Virus record (IMG/VR): IMGVR_UViG_3300026549_000029
Coordinates: 1-64,000 of that record
Source: a virus
Lineage: Duplodnaviria > Caudoviricetes
Strand: one strand, 5' to 3'
Length of the DNA: 64,000 bases
A program made the translations under genes and the position numbers. This document shows, piece after piece, positions 47,809 to 58,298 of the stretch. The notes under the pieces were generated by a model, which had not been told where the DNA came from, ran no database searches, and was given only the letters and a program-made list of their open reading frames with translations. The stretch's first letter is position 1. The number at the start of each line of letters is the position of its first letter.

Positions 47809-48585
47809 ATGGCTGGTTATCAGAATAATATGTCAAAATTAATTGACAAAATAGAATGGAGACTTGGTTTAATCCCATTAACTAAGCATTTACCAGAGGA
47901 GTTCGGTAAGAATGCTTGGGCAACTGTCATAAAAGAGGATTCTCTTTTAACATATTCAAGATATGTACCAAGAAGATTTTCTTTCAAAGTTACTCCACAG
48001 ACTGCTCCTAAGAAAGGACCGTGGTACTATATAGATGAAGACTATGTTGGATCTCAATCTATATTAGGAGTAGGAGATATTGACTGGACTAAATTTGGAA
48101 ATAGATCAATTGGATTGGCACAGACTTTTGGATATGGTACAATAGATGCTGGACTTGCTGCTAATTATACTATTGATGATATTATGGGAATGAAACAAAG
48201 AGCAGACTATGCTTCTATGTTTTCTAATCAAATTATTCCAGAATTCGAAGCTCCTAATAAGATAAGATTAGTAGCAGCAGGAAATTATGATGTTAATATT
48301 GGTGAATTTAATATTATACTATTTCTTAAACATCTTGATTCTTTAACTAGTATTCCTGCAACAGCAATGGAAAAATTTGAGCAATTAGCTCAAGCTGATG
48401 TGGCAGGCTTTCTTGTAAATAATTTAAAGTACTGGGATGGATTCGAAACAGTATTTTCTACTATAGACTTAAAGATGAGCAATCTAGAAAGTGAATATGG
48501 AAAAAGAGAATCTATTATAGATTATCTTGAACAGAATTATGTATCTGCTAATAATAGAGCTATTCCATTAATAATGACAATATAA
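47809..48585 (+). CDS. putative head-tail/neck structural protein
   Basis: Lies in the protease operon; no firm motif. Confidence 0.4.
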   Translation: MAGYQNNMSKLIDKIEWRLGLIPLTKHLPEEFGKNAWATVIKEDSLLTYSRYVPRRFSFKVTPQTAPKKGPWYYIDEDYVGSQSILGVGDIDWTKFGNRSIGLAQTFGYGTIDAGLAANYTIDDIMGMKQRADYASMFSNQIIPEFEAPNKIRLVAAGNYDVNIGEFNIILFLKHLDSLTSIPATAMEKFEQLAQADVAGFLVNNLKYWDGFETVFSTIDLKMSNLESEYGKRESIIDYLEQNYVSANNRAIPLIMTI

Positions 48586-48596
48586 GAGGTATTATT

Positions 48597-49562
48597 ATGG
48601 CCGGATTAATTAAATTTAATTCTGATAATTCAATTGATACTACTAATCTTTCTGAATCAGGATTAAATGAAGAATATAGAAAAATCAAAGCAGTAGTAGA
48701 ATCTAAAGATTGGAAAGCTGCTGTAAGAGAGAATTTTAGTGAAGATTATGATCAAGTACTTCTTAAAGAAGATTTTAGTGTAATTGCAATGGGAGTTTTT
48801 GCCATTGGTATTGTTATTGCTAAAATTATCTCTTGGCTTAAAGGTAAATATTCTCTTACTGTTAAGAAGCTTCTTACTCAATCTAAAGAGCTTAATGATA
48901 TTTATACTAAAGTAAATGCTCTTCTTGCTAATGATAAGATGGCTAGATTCAGACATAGAAATGATAGAATCAATGCTGAAGTTCATTCTATTGTTATGAT
49001 TGATAAGAAGACTGGTACTGCATATAAATTATATATTGATAATCTTATATACAATGCTGATGCTTGTATTACTAGACTTAATGAAATTATAAGATATTCA
49101 TCTACTAAAGCAACTCCAGAAGAGAAAGTTAAAACTCTCAATAATATGGTTGATAATCTTATTGCAGAAGTAGATGAATCTATGATGAAATATCATGGAT
49201 TTGTTCTTACTTGTGATCCTTTTATGAAGATTACTAAGTTTACTAATCAGAGATTAGAAGATGTCTTAATGGCTTATAAAGATTGGATTGAATTTATTTA
49301 TACTGCTACTAATAGTATTAATAATAATATTACTGCTCAGCTTCAATATTTCCAGTTATTAGAAACAGCTTATAAGAAGATGTCTGTTGAGTATAGTAAA
49401 GATAAAGATGCTAAAGAAGTAGTAGATAAATTATTTAAATATTTAATTAAGAATGCTACAGCATCTATGGATTTTAATACAAGAGCTATGGTTATTTTTA
49501 ATGATATGATTAAGTACTATTCTGAAGAACTGCATAAGATCTATGATATCATTAGATCTTAA
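48597..49562 (+). CDS. putative internal head protein
   Basis: Propeptide-like N-terminus rich in x-x-E sites (LSES, LNEE, LLKED), then a hydrophobic helix. Confidence 0.5.
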   Translation: MAGLIKFNSDNSIDTTNLSESGLNEEYRKIKAVVESKDWKAAVRENFSEDYDQVLLKEDFSVIAMGVFAIGIVIAKIISWLKGKYSLTVKKLLTQSKELNDIYTKVNALLANDKMARFRHRNDRINAEVHSIVMIDKKTGTAYKLYIDNLIYNADACITRLNEIIRYSSTKATPEEKVKTLNNMVDNLIAEVDESMMKYHGFVLTCDPFMKITKFTNQRLEDVLMAYKDWIEFIYTATNSINNNITAQLQYFQLLETAYKKMSVEYSKDKDAKEVVDKLFKYLIKNATASMDFNTRAMVIFNDMIKYYSEELHKIYDIIRS

Positions 49563-49582
49563 TATAAACTGGAGGTTAAATT

Positions 49583-49720
49583 ATGAAGAATAAAGACCTT
49601 GAATTTGGAGTTATTACAGAACAGGGAGATCTTGGATTAGGTTTTAATGTTCTTAATGAATCTGATCAAGAAGTAATGAGACGTAATAAAGAAAAAGAAG
49701 ATAAAGAAAAGAATAAATAA
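49583..49720 (+). CDS. 45-aa protein missed by the ORF track
   Basis: GGAGG SD; MKNKDLEFGVITEQGDLGLGFNVLNESDQ...; followed by a terminator. Confidence 0.65.
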   Translation: MKNKDLEFGVITEQGDLGLGFNVLNESDQEVMRRNKEKEDKEKNK

Positions 49721-49841
49721 TTATATACCCAGCAAGATATTTCTTGCTGGGTGATTTTATTTTAAAAAGTTAATATTTTTAATTATATGATATAAACTTG
49801 AATAGAAAGAGTAAATAATAATTTTTGGAGGTATAAATAAT

Positions 49842-50333
49842 ATGAAGAAAATTATTGATATTGGGTTTGTAGGATATGGTAACTATGTAACTGATGATGC
49901 AATTTTTAAGCCGTTGCCTCATAATTATAAGCATGGACTCAAGACCCCCATTGTTCTTGTAAACAACATTTCTGATGTGCATCGTAAGTCATATGATGCC
50001 ATTAGAAATAGGGATGGCTATGATGTTCTTGAAGAATGTCATAGTTCTGGTCTTTTGACCAGAAAAATTGGAACTCTGGATTTCTATAATGAGATTTCAG
50101 GATTCCTGCATGTGAATGTAACATTTGGCCATAGCTTGTATGATGCATCTTCAGGAATTTGCTGTATTCCTGAAGATCTGGATGTTAAGTCGATCCCGAA
50201 GTATCATGAAAGCAAGAACAGTTTTCCTGGATGCGTTGGGGCTATCATTATTGATAGTAATTTTGACGTATATATCTGTTATGGATTTGAAAAGTCTGAT
50301 GGAGGTATGGATATTTACTTTGATTGGACTTAA
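49842..50333 (+). CDS. hypothetical protein
   Basis: GGAGG SD, own terminator. Confidence 0.7.
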   Translation: MKKIIDIGFVGYGNYVTDDAIFKPLPHNYKHGLKTPIVLVNNISDVHRKSYDAIRNRDGYDVLEECHSSGLLTRKIGTLDFYNEISGFLHVNVTFGHSLYDASSGICCIPEDLDVKSIPKYHESKNSFPGCVGAIIIDSNFDVYICYGFEKSDGGMDIYFDWT

Positions 50334-50434
50334 AAATAAAGAGGCATTTAAGCCTCTTTATTTTTTTTCTACATTTCTTTTCTCTCAAAACTTTATATTA
50401 ATAATCCAAATATATTTGTGGAGGATATTCTACA

Positions 50435-51388
50435 ATGGCTGATAATAAAAAGTACATGGCCAGAGTACCAATTATTCCTGATGATTTCGAGAATAAAGAT
50501 GAACATAAAAATCATGAACTAGTAATGGATTTTATAGAGAATGATATTTATGTTAAAGAAGGTTCTGGTTATGTTTCTATTACAGGACAAATCAAAGAAG
50601 AAATTAAAAGTATTCAAGATGGTTCTGTAGTTGTTCATATTGTTACGGAAAGTACATTACCAGCACTTAAAGATAGACCTGAAAATCATTGGTACTATGT
50701 AATTACTAGTTCTGAGACTGTAAAATCTGGTGCTGTTGGTTTAGCTAATTATGTTTATTATGGTCTTATTGATACTACTGCTACAGATAGACTATATCAG
50801 TATATTCTTGTAGCTCAGAATATGATAGAGGATTCTTCTACTGTAAAGATTACTATAAGACCTGGATATAAAGCAGCTTTTTATGTTCCTATTAATATGA
50901 GTGCTACATTTGTTAATGAAGATACTGGAGCTGTTATTAATTATTCTATAGAAGATAGATTATATGCAATTAATAATGCTGATGGGTCTTATGTAGCTTA
51001 TGATGTTTATATTCTTAATCTTATAGATGAAGGTGAATATAATGTAACAATAGACTTAACAGGTTCAGATTATTATAATATTCACTTTGATACTAATATT
51101 TCTGTTGGTGGATTAGAATTACCTGAAGATATTAAAATCAGAATTGGAAGTTCTATTGGTAATGCTTTGCCAGATGAACCTAATAAAACTGATGCTAGAT
51201 ATACATTTGTTGGTTGGTCAACAAATAAAATAGCTCAATTAATTATAGATGGTTCATATGTTCCTGAAGGAAATATTACTTTATATGCATTTTATGTATA
51301 TGAATCTGATCCTTCTTTGTTATCATATTATTCTACTTATGAATCCACTACTGGTGATGACAGTAGTGATAATGGTGAGGGGGAATAA
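50435..51388 (+). CDS. virion surface protein with C-terminal InlB B-repeat (Listeria-Bacteroides repeat)
   Basis: LPDEP....YTFVGWST...ITLYAFY; late promoter. Confidence 0.6.
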   Translation: MADNKKYMARVPIIPDDFENKDEHKNHELVMDFIENDIYVKEGSGYVSITGQIKEEIKSIQDGSVVVHIVTESTLPALKDRPENHWYYVITSSETVKSGAVGLANYVYYGLIDTTATDRLYQYILVAQNMIEDSSTVKITIRPGYKAAFYVPINMSATFVNEDTGAVINYSIEDRLYAINNADGSYVAYDVYILNLIDEGEYNVTIDLTGSDYYNIHFDTNISVGGLELPEDIKIRIGSSIGNALPDEPNKTDARYTFVGWSTNKIAQLIIDGSYVPEGNITLYAFYVYESDPSLLSYYSTYESTTGDDSSDNGEGE

Positions 51389-51391
51389 GAT

Positions 51392-52537
51392 ATGAGTATT
51401 ATAATTGGTAAATATTGTGGTGTAGCTAGAAGAGATACATATATTTATCCTAAACAGATTGAAGGATATACTACCCCTGAACCTCAGATATTAACTACAG
51501 ATGGTCAGAATTTTACTTTCAAATATACTCCTATTGATTATACAGTTTCTTATAATTTAAATGGTGGAGAATTTGATATAAGTGATAATCCTAGATCTAC
51601 TTATAATATTGAGACTGACTATATTCCTCCTGTACCTCATAAAGAAGGTTATACTTTTATTGGATGGAGTCCTAATGCTATTAAACCTGGATTTACTGGT
51701 AATATGACTTTTACTGCTAATTGGTCTGATAATGCTATTTTATTACCAGGAGCTACATTAAATTCTACAATCAGTGCAGCATATGATAAGACTACTATAA
51801 TGGCAATTAAGATATCCTCTACTAGACCTGATGTTAGTACTATTAATTTATCTAGTACTAATACTCCTATTCAGGCATGGTATTCTAATGGAACTTTATT
51901 CTTCTATAGTACAGTAAATATTTGCTGTAATCAAGATATGTCTTCTGCTTTTGAAGGGTTTGAACTTCTTAGAGATATTGAAGATCTCTCTAGATTTACT
52001 ACTAAGTCTAATATGAAGATTACAAATCTCTTTAAAGATTGTAGATTATTAGGAGATGTATCTGCTGTAGAGGATTGGGCTGATGGAGTATTTTCTGATT
52101 TTACAGATGCTTTTACTAATACTCCTGCATTAGATGCTGGAAGAGTTCCTAGTTGGTATTCTTGGACAGTTGTAGTTCATTATATTTCTTCTACTGGTAG
52201 AACTATTGAGACTGTTAACACTACTTGTATTCCTGGACAGACATTATATGCTAAAAATATTACTGCTTATAATGCTGATACTCAAAGTGTTGTAATTACT
52301 AGTAAAGATCTTGAATATAGCTTAACTTATATACCAGTAAACTATTTAATTAGTTATGATACAGATGGTGGTACTATTCCTTCTTCTGCTAAAACTTCTT
52401 ATACTATAGAAGATGGAGCATATACTCCTCCTGAAGCTGTAAAATCTGGATATAGATTTGTAAAATGGAATCCAGAAAGAATTGAAAATGGTGATTATGG
52501 TAATATAAGATTTATTGCTAACTATGTTTCTGAATAA
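51392..52537 (+). CDS. surface/adhesion protein with InlB B-repeats, MucBP-like and BspA-like segments
   Basis: YNLNGG...PHKEGYTFIGW, YDTDGG...KSGYRFVKW, DMSSAF..LF. Confidence 0.65.
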   Translation: MSIIIGKYCGVARRDTYIYPKQIEGYTTPEPQILTTDGQNFTFKYTPIDYTVSYNLNGGEFDISDNPRSTYNIETDYIPPVPHKEGYTFIGWSPNAIKPGFTGNMTFTANWSDNAILLPGATLNSTISAAYDKTTIMAIKISSTRPDVSTINLSSTNTPIQAWYSNGTLFFYSTVNICCNQDMSSAFEGFELLRDIEDLSRFTTKSNMKITNLFKDCRLLGDVSAVEDWADGVFSDFTDAFTNTPALDAGRVPSWYSWTVVVHYISSTGRTIETVNTTCIPGQTLYAKNITAYNADTQSVVITSKDLEYSLTYIPVNYLISYDTDGGTIPSSAKTSYTIEDGAYTPPEAVKSGYRFVKWNPERIENGDYGNIRFIANYVSE

Positions 52538-52560
52538 TATAAGAGAGGTTGATAACTATT

Positions 52561-53727
52561 ATGGATAGTAGAGTAGAAACTTTAGTGAGAGCAATTGATA
52601 ATTTACGCAACTTCTCTCATAGACAAGAAGACTTAGTTGCAGTAAAGGATGCTCTTAATTCTATTTTCTTAAAAGATGCTAAATGTGAGAATTTTATCTA
52701 TACTATTAATACAGACAAAGTTCCTTTTGGGTGCATTGTAATGCCTAAGATTCCTTCTGATACTATTAATAATCTTATGATTGTTGGTGATAGTGCTAGA
52801 TTTGATTCTTATGAAGTAGAAATTGATAGTAAAGTATTTGATTATGGTTTAACTAATGAAGATGTAGCAGCTATTATGCTGTATAATATTTATCATTTAA
52901 TTTGTGATTATTCTCCTGCTACTAGAGTAAGAGAAATGATCGATGCTTGGCTTGCAAATAGAGGAACAAATATTATTATTAAAGACTCTATTCAGTTCCA
53001 AGCCATTTTAGCATTTGGTTTATATGATGCAATTAATCAGATTACATCTTGCTTATATTTACCTGATGATGTTACAAATGATCCATTTCTTGATTCTTTA
53101 GAGCTTGATAATTTTGAATCTGCAATACAAAAACTCTATAAAGAAATTCCTGGTTGTGAAAATGAAATAACTAGACAACCTAGATTAAGTATGCTTAACT
53201 GGTGCTTAAGGCTCTATAGTGATGTGGATAAGGAAAGAGTTCCTGCATTACATCTATTAGATAAAGCTAAGAAACTTACTGCTTCTGTATTATATATTAA
53301 TAAAATGAATGCTGTTATTAATGCTCTTAATAGAATTGATACAAGTTTATATACTGAGTCTACTAAATTGTATATAACTGAAGCTAAGAAGAGAGGATTC
53401 TTTGTTGGGCTTAAATATGCAGGTTTACAAGCTATAGAGGATGATTTATACGAATATATTATCAGAGCTAAAAATAGTGAAAGTGAAGAGGATATATTCT
53501 ATTGCTTAAAGCAAATAAATGCTCGTTTGGCATTGATTTCAGATTATATCAGAGAAGAAAGAGAAGCTGGTACTAGTGAGAGAGAATTAGAAAAGTGGAT
53601 AACCTTAAAGATTCAATATATGGAAATTAGAGATAAGCTTGTTAAAAATGCTAATTATAAAAGAAAAGCTAAATATGGAATTTTTATAGATTATGATGCT
53701 TTAGATAAATTAGATGATGAGGAATAA
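52561..53727 (+). CDS. putative virion protein
   Basis: Late operon, LYTES/YITEA motifs. Confidence 0.5.
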   Translation: MDSRVETLVRAIDNLRNFSHRQEDLVAVKDALNSIFLKDAKCENFIYTINTDKVPFGCIVMPKIPSDTINNLMIVGDSARFDSYEVEIDSKVFDYGLTNEDVAAIMLYNIYHLICDYSPATRVREMIDAWLANRGTNIIIKDSIQFQAILAFGLYDAINQITSCLYLPDDVTNDPFLDSLELDNFESAIQKLYKEIPGCENEITRQPRLSMLNWCLRLYSDVDKERVPALHLLDKAKKLTASVLYINKMNAVINALNRIDTSLYTESTKLYITEAKKRGFFVGLKYAGLQAIEDDLYEYIIRAKNSESEEDIFYCLKQINARLALISDYIREEREAGTSERELEKWITLKIQYMEIRDKLVKNANYKRKAKYGIFIDYDALDKLDDEE

Positions 53728-53824
53728 TTTTATTTATATACAGGTAGGAATAATTTCCTATCTGTATTTTATTTTTTATATTTATTATAACAAATTTATT
53801 AAAATAATAAAAGATAGGTATGAT

Positions 53825-54049
53825 ATGACATTACAAGAGTTTAAAGATCAGAATAAAAATATTCCAGTAGTAACCAAAATTGGAGCTTATGATAAAAATT
53901 ATAAACTTAATGAATTTAGTGCATTTATTATTGTTGATGAAGGAATATTAATCCCAGAAGAGCAAGAATTATCACGTACCATATATGTTAGATTTTTATC
54001 AAAAGAAAAAATTAAAGAAATATATAAAAAATTTATTTTAGAAGAATAG
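53825..54049 (+). CDS. small protein of the V(D/E)EG(I/L)L(I/V)P family
   Basis: IIVDEGILIP, shared with 56056 and 56308. Confidence 0.55.
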   Translation: MTLQEFKDQNKNIPVVTKIGAYDKNYKLNEFSAFIIVDEGILIPEEQELSRTIYVRFLSKEKIKEIYKKFILEE

Positions 54050-54136
54050 ATAGATATTACAGATAGAGAATTCTCTATCTGTAATATTTTATTTACTATA
54101 CTTTAGTATAATATTTTATATTATAAGGAATTAAAT

Positions 54137-54907
54137 ATGATTATAAAAGAAAAAGATTTGCAATCTATTTTAAATAGATTATCTGAAATTGAAATACAAT
54201 CTAAGTCTAAATATGAATATATTGGAAAAAGAGTTCCTAGAGTAACAGAAATATTATCTGCTATGCTTCATGAAGATTTTTTAATGAAATGGGCTAATAA
54301 TTTAGGATTTAAACATATTTCCTATAGAGCTTTTATGAATGATGCTGCAGATAGGGGAACTTATTCTCATCTTGCTATAGAAAAATATCTTAAACAAGGT
54401 TTTTTAGATTTAGATACTATGAATGAGATTCCTAATGATAAAATTAGAAATACAGTATCTTCTGTTATGACAGGATTTCATTCTTGGTGGATAAATCTTC
54501 ATAAACAATATAAAAATATAGAAATTATATATCTTGAAGCGGCTCTGGTTCATAAATACTTTGCTGGTACTTGTGATTGTTTATTAAAGGTAGATGGTGA
54601 ATATTGGCTTATTGATTTTAAGACTTCTAATCATATGAGTTATAATTATGCTTTACAATTAGCAGCTTATAAATTTCTATTAAAAGAGTTAAAAAATATA
54701 GATATTTCTAAAGCTATGATATTAAGATTAGATAAAGAAAAATCTTGTTACTATACTTATGAATATGATATGAATAATGAGATTCATTTAAATTTCTTCA
54801 ATAATTGTTTACAAACTTTTATGTTATTGACAGCTGGATTTATTATGAGAATGACTACTAAAGAAGAATATGATAAACTTCTTAAAGAAATAACTACAGG
54901 AGAGTAA
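54137..54907 (+). CDS. PD-(D/E)xK exonuclease (Cas4/AddB-like phage nuclease)
   Basis: PRVTEIL, RGT..H, E...AGTCD...IDFKTS...QLAAY. Confidence 0.88.
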   Translation: MIIKEKDLQSILNRLSEIEIQSKSKYEYIGKRVPRVTEILSAMLHEDFLMKWANNLGFKHISYRAFMNDAADRGTYSHLAIEKYLKQGFLDLDTMNEIPNDKIRNTVSSVMTGFHSWWINLHKQYKNIEIIYLEAALVHKYFAGTCDCLLKVDGEYWLIDFKTSNHMSYNYALQLAAYKFLLKELKNIDISKAMILRLDKEKSCYYTYEYDMNNEIHLNFFNNCLQTFMLLTAGFIMRMTTKEEYDKLLKEITTGE

Positions 54908-54977
54908 AATCTCCTGTAGGGTTTTATTATCAAAAAAACCTCTTTATAAATTAAGTGATATATAATGAGGGTCCATA

Positions 54978-55541
54978 ATGAATAATATATATGTAATATT
55001 ACAATGCTGTGATATTGTAAGAGATCTATATAATGAATTTAATAAACCATTTGGATGGTTTAAATTTAAAGAAAGAAAAGAATATAAAAAATTAAAAGCA
55101 CAATTAATAGAAATGATAGATAATCTTATGTATGATAAATGGACAGTAGATTATCTATTTAATTTAGAAAGAATATTTCTCTTGTATTGGGATAAGTTAG
55201 AAGTATATTCAGAGAAAATATCTATAACTAAAGATACTACATATACTCAAATTATAAATAAATTTATTCCTATTTATTTTTCAGATTTAGAAAATGATAA
55301 GTTATATATATTAGATATAAAACCAGGTAACTCAATTATTTTTTCAATTATGCATACTAAAACTGGAAGAGTATTAGAGATATCTAGTGTTGATATTACT
55401 AATGATTCACAGAGAAAGGTAGAAATACAATGCAAAGAAAAAATAATAGATGTATTAAAAAATTATTTAGATGATATTACTATAAATAAAAATAATCCAA
55501 ATCAAAATATGATAAAAAAGGTAAAAGATATTCAAATCTAA
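54978..55541 (+). CDS. hypothetical protein
   Basis: 187 aa ORF with SD. Confidence 0.65.
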   Translation: MNNIYVILQCCDIVRDLYNEFNKPFGWFKFKERKEYKKLKAQLIEMIDNLMYDKWTVDYLFNLERIFLLYWDKLEVYSEKISITKDTTYTQIINKFIPIYFSDLENDKLYILDIKPGNSIIFSIMHTKTGRVLEISSVDITNDSQRKVEIQCKEKIIDVLKNYLDDITINKNNPNQNMIKKVKDIQI

Positions 55542-55636
55542 GGTATCAACTTAGAGTGAATACCTTAAGTATTATCAATCATATTGATAATACTTATATA
55601 AAAAATGCTACTTTTTAAAAAGGAGAGTTTGTTAAA

Positions 55637-56062
55637 ATGGAAACTATCACCTTTAGTGAAGCTTTAGAGAAATTAGGTTGTAGTAGAAAAACTATATTAA
55701 GTTTAATAGATGAAGGATCTCTATATGCTTTTAAAGATGGTAAGTCATGGAAAGTATCCAAACAAAGTTTAGATAATTTAATTGTTACAAATACAGAATA
55801 TACTAAGATAAAAAAGAGAATTAAAGATAGTATAAATTTTAGTATTAAAAAATATTCCAGTCTTCCTGATAATAAAAAATTTTGGAAGAAACAAGATATA
55901 AAAATAGATTGGGATTCTGCTTTAAAACAAGCTACAGATAGATTTTATAAAGAAAAAACAATAGATAGTGCTATATATTTACAAGAAGTGCAAAGACTAT
56001 ATAAAAGAGATGATATTAATGGTTATTTAGAATTATTAGAAAGAGGTTATGTAAAATGTTAG
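55637..56062 (+). CDS. excisionase-like (HTH_17) DNA-binding protein
   Basis: ITFSEALEKLGCSRKTI..LI..G.L.AFK.G.SWKV. Confidence 0.8.
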   Translation: METITFSEALEKLGCSRKTILSLIDEGSLYAFKDGKSWKVSKQSLDNLIVTNTEYTKIKKRIKDSINFSIKKYSSLPDNKKFWKKQDIKIDWDSALKQATDRFYKEKTIDSAIYLQEVQRLYKRDDINGYLELLERGYVKC

Positions 56063-56301
56063 ATAATCCCAAAAGTTATAAAGATTTAGATGAAGTAAAG
56101 AATGAAACGGTATATATTACTAGAAGATTTACTCATGGAGATTCTAATTATATCTATAAACCAATGATAGTAGAAGAAGGTTTATTAGTTCCTTTTATTT
56201 ACTATTCTGGTTTTGATAATAAAATTGCATATCTTCTTATTGAAAAATCTATAATAAAAGAAGCAATTAATTTAGTTAAAGATTTAGATGATGGGAGATA
56301 A
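56056..56301 (+). CDS. small protein of the VEEGLL family
   Basis: MIVEEGLLVP...IIKEAINLVK. Confidence 0.65.
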   Translation: MLDNPKSYKDLDEVKNETVYITRRFTHGDSNYIYKPMIVEEGLLVPFIYYSGFDNKIAYLLIEKSIIKEAINLVKDLDDGR

Positions 56302-56307
56302 TTAATA

Positions 56308-56613
56308 ATGGATAAACTTATAAGCAAATCTGAAAAAGAAGCTGGTTTTGAAATTCCTGCTCCTTTTGTACAAAAATTTAAAGAATATAAAAATGTAAAA
56401 GTTATAGATAATTTTAGAGCTCCTAGTAAAACGTGTGGAATTGTAACTGCTCAACCTACTGTAGTAGAAGAAGGTTTACTAATTCCAATTATATATACTC
56501 ATTTTGATAATTATAAAAAACGTGCAGAAGATTTATTATACTATATGATTATTAAAAAAGATGTATTAAAAGATGCATTAAATTTAATTAAGGAATATGA
56601 TGATGATAAATAA
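56308..56613 (+). CDS. small protein of the VEEGLL family
   Basis: VVEEGLLIP...VLKDALNLIK. Confidence 0.65.
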   Translation: MDKLISKSEKEAGFEIPAPFVQKFKEYKNVKVIDNFRAPSKTCGIVTAQPTVVEEGLLIPIIYTHFDNYKKRAEDLLYYMIIKKDVLKDALNLIKEYDDDK

Positions 56614-57760
56614 TATTAATCCAAATCTATTATATGATAATTATATTTTTAATAATACAACTATCATATCAGCTCATATATCAGATTTACATTTTCCAGT
56701 AATGGACCCATATAAACAATATTCTATATTAGAAGATCAGTTTATAAAGAAGATAGAAGTTATGCCTAGATTGGATTTAATCTGTATCAATGGAGATCTT
56801 TATGATCATAAAGTAATGACAGCTTCTGATGCTACTTTATATGCTTCTATGTTTATAGCTAGATTAGTAGAGATTGCTAAAATGAAAAATGCTACATTAA
56901 TCATTCTTCAAGGTACTATTTCTCATGATGCTAATCAGTTAAAAATATATTATCACTATATGCAGAGAACTGATGTAGATGTTAGAATAGTAACTAATAT
57001 CAGATTTGAAATGGTAAAAGGAATAAGAATTCTTTGTATACCAGAATTATATGGTATAGACGAAGATTATTATCAAAAGATATTATTTCATTCTGATTTT
57101 TATGATTTTTGTATAATGCATGGTACTATTAAAGGTGCTGTATATGGAGATAATGTAGGACAAGGAAGATTATTTACAATAGAAGATTTTTTAAATTGTA
57201 AAGGACCTATTATTTCTGGTCATATACATAAAGCTGATACTTTTTATGATCATTTTTATTATTGCGGGTCTCCTTATAGATGGAGATTTGATGATGACTG
57301 TTTTAAGGGATTCATATTAATGTCTTATAATTCTATGTCAAGGAAGTATTTCCTTGACTATGAAGAAATAATTTCTGATAATTATAAAACTATCACTTTA
57401 TCAGAATTAGTTAATAATAATCCTATAGATACTATAAACTATATCAGAGATCTTAAACAAAATCAAGGTATAGATTATATTAGAGTAAAGTTTGATAATC
57501 TTTTATCTCCTGCTAATAGAATGGTTATTAATAATACTTTTAGAAATGATGATACCGTAACTTTAGAATTTTTCTCACCTGAAAGAGAAATAGCTAGACA
57601 GGCAGAAGAAAAGATTAAAGAAGATAATGAAAAATTTTCATTTTTGTTAGATCCTAGATTGACAGATGAACAGAAATTTGTTATGTGGGTTAATCATCTA
57701 AAAAATGATGAAAAGTATCTTACTATAGAGGAACTTGAAAGTATTTTAAGAGAGGGGTAA
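56597..57760 (+). CDS. sbcD: SbcD/Mre11-like metallophosphoesterase nuclease
   Basis: SDLH, GDLYD, GTISHD, MHG, GHIH, YCGS. Confidence 0.85.
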   Translation: MMMINNINPNLLYDNYIFNNTTIISAHISDLHFPVMDPYKQYSILEDQFIKKIEVMPRLDLICINGDLYDHKVMTASDATLYASMFIARLVEIAKMKNATLIILQGTISHDANQLKIYYHYMQRTDVDVRIVTNIRFEMVKGIRILCIPELYGIDEDYYQKILFHSDFYDFCIMHGTIKGAVYGDNVGQGRLFTIEDFLNCKGPIISGHIHKADTFYDHFYYCGSPYRWRFDDDCFKGFILMSYNSMSRKYFLDYEEIISDNYKTITLSELVNNNPIDTINYIRDLKQNQGIDYIRVKFDNLLSPANRMVINNTFRNDDTVTLEFFSPEREIARQAEEKIKEDNEKFSFLLDPRLTDEQKFVMWVNHLKNDEKYLTIEELESILREG

Positions 57761-57766
57761 TTACAA

Positions 57767-58276
57767 ATGGGTATATTTACTCCCAAATCTAAATTTATGA
57801 AAATGATGAAAACTACTTTAAATACTAATAAGTATTTCATAGAGAATAAAAAAGAGGAAGATAAAATGGCAGAATACTCTACAATTAAATTAAATGATAC
57901 ATGTAATAGTTATATGACTAATACTATAACTGATAAATTTGAAGAGTTAAATGATAAATATGATGAATGTATCTCTTTCTCTGAACAACAAATTAAATTG
58001 AATAAACAGTTAAAGAATAATTGTGATAGATTTAATAAAAATTTGAGAAAGAATACTGATGATATTGTTATACATATTGATAGAACTTATGATAAGTTAT
58101 ATGAAGTTCTTGATAATCAGTATCGACAGGAATTAATTGAAATTAGGTATGCTTCTCAGTATAAAGATGAGATTCTTAATGAAATAAGAAATATTAAGAA
58201 AACTGTATATTTCTTTATGAAAATATATGGAGTATTATTACTTGCTACTTTTCTTTCAATATGTTTTTTAAGATAA
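57767..58276 (+). CDS. coiled-coil protein with C-terminal TM anchor
   Basis: Heptads followed by YFFMKIYGVLLLATFLSICF. Confidence 0.65.
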   Translation: MGIFTPKSKFMKMMKTTLNTNKYFIENKKEEDKMAEYSTIKLNDTCNSYMTNTITDKFEELNDKYDECISFSEQQIKLNKQLKNNCDRFNKNLRKNTDDIVIHIDRTYDKLYEVLDNQYRQELIEIRYASQYKDEILNEIRNIKKTVYFFMKIYGVLLLATFLSICFLR

Positions 58277-58298
58277 ATTAGAATAAGAGGTATATATT

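Noticed and set aside
54137-54907. Cas4 as part of a CRISPR-Cas system
   Set aside because: No cas1/cas2 or array and no Fe-S cysteine cluster; a typical solo phage exonuclease
55637-56062. Prophage excision module
   Set aside because: No integrase or att-like context; HTH_17 domains are common stand-alone regulators
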